64,000 nt of DNA from Saccostrea cucullata (taxonomy: Eukaryota). The position numbers and the translations under genes are program-made. Under the pieces are notes generated by a model. It was not told where the DNA came from, ran no database searches, and saw nothing but the letters and a program-made list of their open reading frames with translations. Below, piece by piece: positions 24,701 to 35,590 of the stretch. Each line of letters starts with the position of its first letter. The stretch's first letter is position 1. The DNA is taken from assembly GCF_032062105.1 (NCBI RefSeq), contig NW_026941489.1, positions 62,001-126,000 of the forward strand, read 5' to 3'.

Positions 24701-27700
24701 AAAACAATCGACGGGTGACGTTTAATCAATATACTGGGGAAATCACATTCAGAAATATCACGAAAGAGGACCTAGGAATATATCACTGCTTAGCCAAGAA
24801 CGAATTCGGAGCTTCGTTATCTCCCTTTTTCAAGATATTAGAAACAGGTAAGCTATTTATACTTCTAAAAAATCGAGAAACGATCTCAAATATAGAAGCC
24901 AGAGCAAAAAGTAAGAAAGTATCGCATTGCCTGTTTCTCGGGCAAAATGCATTGTGTTAACCCTTCGATCCATGCTATTTGCATAATGCCTGAAAATATG
25001 GTTTTTAAGTTATACAAAAAGCGTGTTTTCCTCCAACTCAGTCAATGAGTGTATAATTTAGCGTATTATTTTTTAAACTTTTATTATCATATATTCAGGA
25101 TACATAAAATAAAAAGGTACAGAAATTTATTTTTCTAACATCCCTTAATGAAAATTCTTATCCTTATTCAGTTTAAGGTTAAGGCAAACAGAAACATATA
25201 ACAATTAGCATTACAATAAATTGACCTTTAATTACAGTTAGATAGTCCTTAGTGACAAAGACATTGTGATACAAAGTTTGTGTCTGTTTGTTGATGCCAA
25301 TTAAGTCCAATAGTTTGTTCTCTACTGTTGTGTGTTAAACATTCATTTTAAAAAATATATGGTTTTTTTTATGTGGTTAGAGATATACTTTATTAATGTG
25401 AATTCATCATACATAACAAAGAAATCAGAATTACCTAGAATTTATAGTGACTTTATATATAATATATATACTTAATATATACACTTTATCCTACCTCTGG
25501 AATTTTCAGGGGTCTGTGTTTTATGACCATATTGGTATTTAGTGGCGGATCCAGAAATTTTGAAAGGGGGGGGCGACCATTTTAGGTCAGGGTAGGGGCC
25601 TACAGCAACACCAAAAATACATTGATTTATCAAATATTATGTATTTTTTGGACACAAAAGGGGGGGGGGGGGGGCAGGCCCCCCTCTAAATCCGCCTGTG
25701 GTATTGCTTTCTTTTAGCTTGATCAGACTACATTATCTTTATCTTTTATATTTTAGTGACTATATATAAATAGTTACGTAATTATGTATTTATTTTTTTT
25801 GCAACTGAAAGCATTAATGACTTTATGTAAACATAACTTGTAGACCTTTATTCATTATCATCTCATGGACCAGAAGAGATTAACCAAACTTGTGAAGAAT
25901 TCCATCATTGCAACCTTACTTGCTTTGATAAACCACAATGTCAGCCGAAACATGAATGTAAGGTACAATGGACGATAGGAAGTGGGACATCCAATGTGGT
26001 GAAAATGAATGAAAATGTAACGCTAGATAGTGAAGGTAATAAATGTAATAGTTTAATGGTATAATATTATGTTTTACTTAAAAGTATTTTTGACAAATAA
26101 AACTCAAATGCTGCAAGATGTACGGTTTTAGTATCAACTGGGGAAAAATATAGACATGGTTGAGGCCTATTTTAAGACCAAAAAAATTAAAACAAGAAAG
26201 GAATATCACCGGTGTAGCATTGTTGTGTAATTTTCAAAACACCAAAAATATCGAATCAAAGTTAATTTTAGACAATAATTCGAAACTTGTACAAAAGAAA
26301 GGTAACGGTTCACGTATATCTTTTACAGGAAATCTTCATTTTTTAAACGTCAAAAAAATAAATGCAGCAAATGATTATGGTTGTGGAGTATGGAATGAAA
26401 GATTGAGAAGACTACTGAAGGGCAGCCCAATAAACCTACATGTAATCGAGAAAGGTAGCTAACTTGTATATATATATATTTTTTTTTTCTTATCAACCCA
26501 TTTAATGTTTAGCAGTTGGTTAATCCTTATATTAAGAAATTTAATATATTTTTTGAATATTTATTGATATGTTGTAGATGTTTATGAAAAAGTTTCTTCT
26601 CGTGCCGTTTATCGCAGCATCTACAAAGCCTTTATTGGAGAAAATGCCAAACTTCAATGTCTTTTCTCTGGAATGTAATTTTATTTTGTTTTCTCGCAAT
26701 ACTTTTTTTTTGCTGTTATTTTTAATATTTAATAGTGTTGAGAGATTTTGAGATTTTTGAATTGAATTATGAACGGTAATCAGGTTAGTATTTGATATAA
26801 AGTTAATATCTTCTTTGAAGTCCTGTACCAGAGATAAAATGGCAGAATATAAATGGATCGTTTATCAGAAACAATCATAAATATAGTATTGGGCAGTTTG
26901 GGAGAGAACTTCAAATATTTAATGTTACCTTTGATGATGACGGTGTTTACACCTGCGTCACAAGAAACAACCTTACACTAAATCCGATGCTTAATGTCAC
27001 ATGTAAGTTTCAATTTATTTATCTTTTATAACTTCTTTTGTATTTTACATAAAAGAACAGCATTTACTTGCTTTAATTTTTTTTATTAAAAAAAAATAGC
27101 CACTCCGTTATTCCCCGATGTACACAGGAATTTTGTGACGAAGATAGTAAATTTTCGGACTAGAAATGACATCAAACTATTATGCAATGCTGCATCTGCG
27201 CCAAGCGAGCTTGATCCTATTGTAGACAGGTGGATGAAGAATGGAAAGGAAATAAAACAAGGTTTTAGCAATGCATTTTTTTCATAAAAGGATGTACATT
27301 TGTGTTTTTTATCTCTTTAGTCATAACAAATTTAAATTCTAAAATTAACAATCTGATAATTAAAAAATATAACCCTCAATATATGTGTATGAATGTTTTA
27401 TAGTTTAACTTAATGTTAATTATCTCAATGTGATGTTATTTTATTACAAGAGACACATTTTATTGAAAAAAATGAACATAAATATAATGCCGGATGGCAT
27501 GGGAACATCTTTCATTCATACAACGATTCGTCACATAGTAAAGGCGTCTCAATACTTTTTAAGAAGAATATAAATATCGAAATATTAAATGTTAAAAAAT
27601 CAATTGATGGTAGAAAAATGTTGTTAAATGTTGAATATGATAATGAAATTTTTACAATTGTAAATATATATGCACCTAACGACATAAACAAAAGAGTTGA

Positions 27701-30700
27701 TTTTTTCAAAAGAGTGCATACATTTATTACCAAAAATTGTTTAAATGAAAACATAATTCTATGTGGAGATTTTAACTGTCGACTTAATGACAAACAAGAT
27801 AAAAGTAAAGATTATCTGATTAATATATTAAAACAACTTAATATGGTAGATGTCTGGAATAGAGAACATCCTGATTTGAAAGGCGAAACGTGGTGTAATG
27901 CTCAAGATATCCCTTTTAGTAGAATAGACTATATTTTTATGAATAATAATTTCTGTTTTCAAGTAGGTAATATTATAGTGAGAAAGTTACCGGGTACTCA
28001 TTCCCGAGGCACAAGAATGAGTGATCATAGATATTTAAAAATGTATCGTAATATCTCTAAAAATTCAAGAGGTCCGAATTATTGGAAATTAAATATTTCA
28101 TATTTAGTTAATGAAGTAGATAATGTACAAAATCCGATCGACAAATGGGAACTTTTTAAACGTAAAGTTAAAGAATTTTCAATACTTTTCGCAAAAAATA
28201 AACGAAAGAATATGAGAGAAAAAATAAACCTAATTGAAAAAGAGATAGAAAATATAGAAAGTAGCCAGTATAACAATATTAATCATAGTAAACTTAAGTA
28301 GCCAGTATAACAATATTAATAATAGTAAACTTAAGGCACTTTATACAAATTTAAATGAACTATATGATAAAAAAAAATAAAAGGGGCGCAAATAAGATCA
28401 AAAGCAAAATGGATAGAGAGTGGCGAAAAAACTACAAAATATTTCTTAAATCTGGAAAAACAAAATCAAACGTCTAATTTTAAGAACTTAAATCACCTAC
28501 TGGCGATTTAATAAATACAACAAATTCATTAATCGGAGAAATGAATAATTATTATACGAATCTGTTTAAAACTACAAATATTTCAACCGCTAAGATTTCA
28601 AGTTATCTAAGCAAAATTGAAGTACCAATGCTGAACGAGAAGGACAAATTAATATTAGATGAATTCCCTACACTTGAAGAATGCAAAAATGCCGTATTTG
28701 AAATGAAAGGAGAAAAGTCTCTTGGCTTAGATGGTATACCATGTGAATTCTACCAATGTTTTTGGAACATTATTGGGCCAATTTTTTATGACGCACTCAA
28801 AGAAATTTTTAAACAAAAAGAAATGTCTGAATTTCAAAAGCTGTCTGTGATATCTTTAATACACAAGAAAGGCGAAAAACAATTGTTAAAAAATCATAGA
28901 CCAATTAGCTTAACAAACACGGATTATAAAATCATAGCTTGTGTTTTAGCTAAAAGGTTACAAAATATATTATCATTTACAATCAATAAAAATTATACGG
29001 CTTATGTTAAAGGCAGATACATTGGTGAAAATGCTCGATTAATCTTAGATATTTTTGATTATTGTAATTCAGAGAAGAAAGATGGCATATTATTTTTTCT
29101 CGACTTTGAAAAAGCTTTCGATTCTGTAGAATGGAACTTTCTTCTTGAAACGTTAAAAAAATTTAATATTGGCGATCAATTTATTACATGGGTAAAGATA
29201 TTATATAAAAACCCTAAATTCAAAATGAAAAATAACGGATGGTTATCTAAAACATATAGTATGACAAGAGGGATCCGACAGGGATGTCCAATATCAGCTT
29301 TACTTTACTAATTTGTAGCTGAAATTTTTGCCATTAAAATAAAAAACGAACCAAATATATCAGGAATTAGTATAAATGATAAAGAAATTATTAATATACA
29401 ACATGCAGATGACCTAACAGTTGCTCTGAATGACAAGAAATCTCTCGATTTTTGTCTGAAAATTATTAACGAGTTTTGCGATCACGCCGGATCAAAAATC
29501 AACATAAACAAGACGGAATGTATCCTGATAAGGCCCTGTCACACAAAGCCGCGTCCCCACGGAGTTATAACGGCGTTGTTAAAATTTGAAAATCGCTGTG
29601 GAATCGCAATGAAACTTCACAAATTTTTGTCAAATTTTCAGAATGAGAAGATGTCACGGAGTCCTTACGGCGACTGGCGCGTTTCTACGGCGTTCTCGCG
29701 GCGAGCTACTGCGATCTCACGGAGATCTCGAAGCGATTTATTGCGCTTCCACGGCGTTTTCACGGCATTCAAGGAGTTGTCACCTCGTGTGTACGGCGTT
29801 CACAATGCGTTCTTCACCTTGCTATATATACAGAAGCAATACAAGCATCGCCATTCATTTGCCTTTCACCATGACAAGAAAAAGGAACACAAAATCTAAG
29901 AGAGGGGCAAAAAATAGTCCTCGGACATTAGATTCAAATCCTACAGATTTAGAACCAGAGCAAAATCCAATGCCAACAAATTTGAATCAAGAATCACAAC
30001 CTCATCCAGAGCGCGAGAAATCACCTTGTTCGATTTCCTCTAGAGCAAGTAGTCCATCAAACCCTTCAACCTCAGACAGTCTTCCAATACAGCCACAGAA
30101 AAGATCTAAGACTGATCTCACTGATGAACAAGAGGATGAAATGGCTTCTTGGCTTGAGGCAAACGAAATTTTGTACAACAAAAAGCTGAATGCCTACAAG
30201 GATTTCAAAAAGAAAGACACTCTTTGGGAATCCAAAGCAGCTAGTCTTGGCGAGGACGTTGAAACTTTGAAGTTCTGGTACCGGTCCATCCGTACCCGGT
30301 ATACCCGCCTCCTACATAGAAAATCGGGTGATGGTGCAATTGAGCTAACAGAAAGAGACCGCTGGATTCTTCAAAATTTTGCCTGGCTGAAGGTTCATAT
30401 CTTTGAAATCAAGAAGAAAACTACAGTCAGTGTAAGTACAAAAAACCCTTTCATTTTAATGTAGACCTCTTTTACATTTTAGTGTTCATAAAGTTCCCAA
30501 CTTGTGATCTACGTTTCTTATGTTTTGTGCTTTTACAGATGAAAGAGAAGATAGCTTCCACTAAATCCACAGAGGATGATAGTAATTTAGAGAAACAATT
30601 TGAAACAGAAACTGACACTATCTCTCATCAGCAGCTGGAGCCTTCATCATCAGTATCGTCCAAAAAGAAAGCGATTCAAGAGGAAGAGCGATTGCTCAGC

Positions 30701-33700
30701 AATATTGCAAACAGAGGTGAACAGTCCATGGCTTTTCAGACGAAAGTATTGGAGATGCTGGCTCCTCCAAAGGCTACGGAGAGAACGGCATTCGCTGACT
30801 GGACAAAGGAAGTAATGATAAATCTGCATCCGTCACTGTGGAGTTCCAAAGGGAATGCTCCAACCTATTGTACACATACCAAGAAAAGAGTGAAGAGCTC
30901 CTCAATCCAGTTGTTCATCAACAGCCATATTCTGCTCATCAACTGCCATTTTCGCCAGCACAGCAGCAGTTCCATTCCTTTTCGCGGCCTTCTCCTTGTA
31001 CTGGATCGACTAGCGCACTTTGGCAGCCTCCGCCTCCTCAGAGGCCTACAACGGTCCAACGGAATATGTCTGTTTGGGGATCGCAAAGTCCTGCTTGGGT
31101 ACAGGCACAGATGACTGAGCTACAGCCCACAACAGTGGTGACCCAAGGGCTTTCTAACATAGCCACTACCAGCGCCCCAAATCAATCTGGAGAACAGTCA
31201 GTAAACTTAACTAGCCTGGTCAATAGCAGTCTGGAAATGTGCAACTCCCCTCTTAACAGAGTTTCCGGACCATATGATGAGTGTAGGGATGGGGAAGGAC
31301 AGTAAACAATTTAGGGTTATTCGATACACAAGAAAAGTATGAACTGTAACTCTTTTTGTTTCCTCTTTTACTGTTACTCGTGAAACACAGGAAGTGTGAA
31401 CTATGTTCTTCTTATTTTGTGATTTTTTTTCTGAACCGTTTTACAGTGTACATGTACACAGATGGGAGTGGTGAACTTTATTTTCTACATTTATAGGTAA
31501 ATAAATGGTTTCAACATTGTTTTTGTCTCTTTGCTTATTCTAATGAAAAGTGGGTAAACATGAAATTTCATAAAATGCAAATAAACAATATGAAATTGAT
31601 GAACATTCATAAAAATCATACTTAAGTAAATCGATTCATAAACACACATACAAAATTAAACTTCTTACCTATTTTCTAATGTTATTCATATCTTGGAAGA
31701 ATTCAAATCATACGATCCTGCCAAGGCACAGAACCAGCTGTGGAGTTGAAATACAACTTCAGATACTCCCGCAGTTTCTTTGCTGCTGTGCTATCTCGAT
31801 TGGGGCCCACAGCATTCTCCACATCATGCATATTTGTCGTGTCCCGCCATGAACCAGGGATTATTTGGTGGTCTGCGTTTTCTACGTCTATGTCAGCGTT
31901 TTGGAGTGCAGGGTAGTGCATACGCATTAAATTGTGAAGAATGACACATGTTTCGACAATTATAGCGATTGTTTCGGGTTCTTGTTGCATTGTTGTCAGT
32001 AGAATCTGCCAGCGCTGCGCCATGATTCCAAACGCATTCTCAACAATACGTCGACTCCTCGACACTCGGTAATTAAAAATCCTTTGCTCTTGTGTCATTT
32101 GGCGCTGTGAATATGGCTTCATGAGGTATGTGCGAAGCCCGAAAGCATTGTCACCCAGAATGAAGTACGGTGTTGGTATGTCTTCATTCGGAAGTGGGTC
32201 TGCAACAGGAAATCCAATGCTGTTGTCCTCTAAACACTCCTTCAGCTCGGACGCGTTAAAAATCTGAGAATCGGACATGTGTCCATATCCACCTACATCA
32301 ATCCACAAGAATTTATAGTCTACATCAACATGGCCCATGAGCACGATTGAGAAAAAACCTTTATAGATGTAATACAAACTACCGCTGTTGCGAGGACGTC
32401 TACAAGCAATATGCTTTCCATCAAGTGCGCCACATGCATGGGGCATGTTCCATTTGCGACAAAACTCTGCAGAAATTGCACGCCATTCTACTTGAGTGAT
32501 TGGACATTGGAGACACTCGTCCTTATACTCATTTATGATGGCCTGACATACTTCACGAACACACAGAGAAATAGTGTTGTGGGGTACTCTGAAGTCAAAT
32601 TTCATGCTTGCATATCTTTCCCCGGTCGCAAGGTGGCGTAAAGGCATAGCAAGTTTCATACCTGGTTCGATTGCTTTACGATAATTAGTGTCTTGCTTGG
32701 TAATATATGGACGCAATCTTGCAAGGAGCGCATCAAACATAGCAGGCGGCAAAAAGAGAAAATTCATGAAACTTGCAGGATCTTCATTCCGTAACTCAGG
32801 CATTAGTCGATGAAAGTGACCATAATCAAGCCTTCTGTTGACGTCCAACCACAGCCGTACCCAGAATCTCCGACGCCTTGTGGCTCTCCTCTGTCTTCGT
32901 CTTTGGACAATAAATAAAGCGTCTTCTTCTTCTTGAGCTTGTTGCACGTGTATCAATGCAAGGAGCATTCCTGTTTGTCGTTGTGCAGCAGCCATTGCTA
33001 CTGTTTTTGTGAAGAGGCTGACAACGCTCTAACAACACCGTGAAAGCGCATTGTGATCGCCAACGGACGCTGTAGAAACGCCATGGGAGCGCAATGGTCG
33101 CAGTGACAACTCCGTGTTGTCGCCGTGTAATCGCAGTCGAGAAAATCACAAGACGATAAATCTCATTAGAAGCGCCATAAAAACGCGATAGAAACGCAGT
33201 GACATCTCCAAGGACTCCGTGGGGTCTCCGTGGTGTCTCCGTGGAAGCGCAGTCTACTATCACTGCGTTCGTGCCGCGATCATCGGCGTCTTCACGGCGT
33301 TCGTACTGAGCTCCTACTACGTTGATGGAGATCTCACCGCGCTGCTACGGCGATCATACTACGTTTCTACTGCGTTCTTATCAGACGGCGATCACACGGC
33401 GCGTACTTTGTGCATGCCCAAAGTGATCGCCGTCCCCTGGCGTTCTAGGAGACCCTTCGCGACCGTACGGCGTTCAGTGGAGATCTCGCCGCGTTGTCAC
33501 GGCGCTGTAGGAGACTCTACTGCGATCACCTCGGCGTTTTGCAATTTTTGAGGACGCCATGCAGTCGCCGTGAGAACGCAGCCCTGGTGTGACAGGGGTT
33601 TTAGGGGGGCTTAAAGATATGTATGATGAAATCAACGGTATTAAAGCAACAAATAAAGCAATAAGATGTCTAGGTATTTATATAGGACACGAGAAAGAAG

Positions 33701-35554
33701 AATGCTACAATAAAAATTGGATGAAAATATATCACGACATTGAAAAGTTATTTGAGTCTTGGAAACGTAGAAAATTAACGGTTTTTGGTAAATCGTGTAT
33801 AATCAAAACATTAGCAATTTCAAAACTAGTTAATACTGCATCTATATTGTGTATACCAAATAAAGAATATATCTGTAAGGTCCAAAGACTTTTATTTAAT
33901 TTCTTATGGGACAAATCGGAAAGAATCAAACGAAATACACTGATAGGCGATTTAACTGACGGAGGTTTATCGATTACAGATATAGAAAGTAAGTTTAAGG
34001 CTCTGAAAGCAGCGTGGATACCGCGACTGGTATCTTCTAAGGGCACTCTTTTTGAAATCTTTGAGAGTTTTTTGAATAAAGCGAATTTAAATCTGAATTA
34101 CGTCTTACAATTTTCTGAAACTAGTTTAAATGCACTTGACAGAATAGGCAAACTTCCACTTTTCTACAAACAAATTCTAAGCTCATTTAACGAATGTAAA
34201 AAAAATGTGTAACTTCGAAAATACATCACCTTCTGATATTTTAAAACAACCCATTTGGAATAATAACAATATCAAAATAAAAGGAGAAACATTATTTTTC
34301 AATAACTGGGTCAACAGTAATATTCTCTATTTAAAAGATTTAATAGATGATAACGGGAACATTAAAACACTACAAATGTTTTCCACTGTTATTAAAAGAA
34401 AGTCAAACTGGCTTTGTGAATACAAAACTTTACCATCAGCAATTAAACCATTGTGTAAAAAATGTGATTTATCTAATGCCAAATATTTAAACATAAAGAA
34501 TGAAATGAGATTTCATTTCGCAACAGGTGTTTCAAATCTAAATGGTAAGAAATGCCAATTTTTTTTTTTATAAAATTTTAATACATAAGAAATTTGTTAA
34601 ACCGTGTTATCAAATTAAACTTTCTGAAGAGTTTTCAATTCCTGCAAACGACTCAAGTATATGGCAAAATATATACAGGAGAAAAATTAAAGATATAAAT
34701 GATAATAAAGTTGCTAAATTTAATTATAAAATGCTCCATAATATTCTCTGCAACAATACCTATTTAAGTAAATGGATAAAGGACAAGGGGGGCAACTGTA
34801 CTTTATGCAAAATAACTGAAACCACAAAACATCTACTTTTTGAATGTAAAATCGTTGAACAGATTTGGAACAAGCTAGGAACGTTTTTATCTATTGATAT
34901 AAAATGGAAACACATTGCTCTGGGCTTTTATCGAGAAAAAAACGATAAGATTGAATCTTTGAATTTATTAATATCTTTTATTGCATATAAAATATATAAA
35001 TACAAAATGTATTGTAGAATTCAATCTCTGAAAGAAACCGAAGTAGATTTGTTAAAAAATGTCAAAAAATGCACTTATTCAATATTCTTCTGTATTACTT
35101 CTTATGAAATGTGATAAACAACATATTTTTACAAAATTTGCAGACACATTATAAATGTGATGTAAATGTTTTTTTTATCAATTAAGCAGCTACTTCGAGA
35201 GAACAGTCTCAAGTAGCATCGTCCACCAGGGAGTGTTTGGATGGACTCTTTTGTGGTTTTAGGACCCCGGTGGACCATAATTGCTATTTCAATTCTGTTT
35301 CAGTATATTGTTTTGTATATTTATATTCTGCAACACTTTGTCCTAAATAAACATTATTCCATTATATGTATATGCACTATAAAAAATTGTTATAATCGAA
35401 AAAAAAACCTAATTTACTTATTATTTTTATAATAACTTGACATAAATATGTAAACAATTGATATATTCAACAACATATATATATTCATGTTTCTCTATCA
35501 TTATTTTTGTACTGTTTTCGTATTGTTGTTATTTAAAAATCCTGAATAAAATCT

Positions 35555-35590
<36 letters not shown>

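Larger units (their letters stand above)
29531..33600. mobile_element. Full-length two-gene PIF/Harbinger DNA transposon nested in the LINE RT domain
   Basis: TIRs AGGCCCTGTCACAC / GTGTGACAGGGGTT (12/14); 3-bp flanks ATA/TTA. Removing the element restores the LINE frame KTECIL-L-GGLKD. GC-rich subterminal regions and two convergent genes. Confidence 0.95.
27420..35586 (+). mobile_element. 5'-truncated L1/Tx1-clade LINE (ORF2: APE endonuclease, RT, C-terminal Cys/His finger), decayed
   Basis: APE motifs LLQETH, IYAPN, CGDFN, SRIDYIF, SDHR. RT motifs RPISL, FLDFEKAFDSV, GIRQGCPIS, QHADD. C-terminal CTLC...HLLFEC. AATAAA at 35546, poly(A) 35559-35588, 13-bp TSD AACTTAATGTTAA at 27407-27419 and 35587-35599. 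Several frameshifts and stops. Confidence 0.95.

Noticed and set aside
28259-28335. Tandem duplication within LINE ORF2 as a functional feature
   Set aside because: It introduces a stop and frameshift, which is ordinary post-insertion decay.
29576-33551. Extra ORFs in the Harbinger ends (29576-29899, 32826-33263, 33219-33551)
   Set aside because: They are by-products of GC-rich subterminal repeats with few stop codons.
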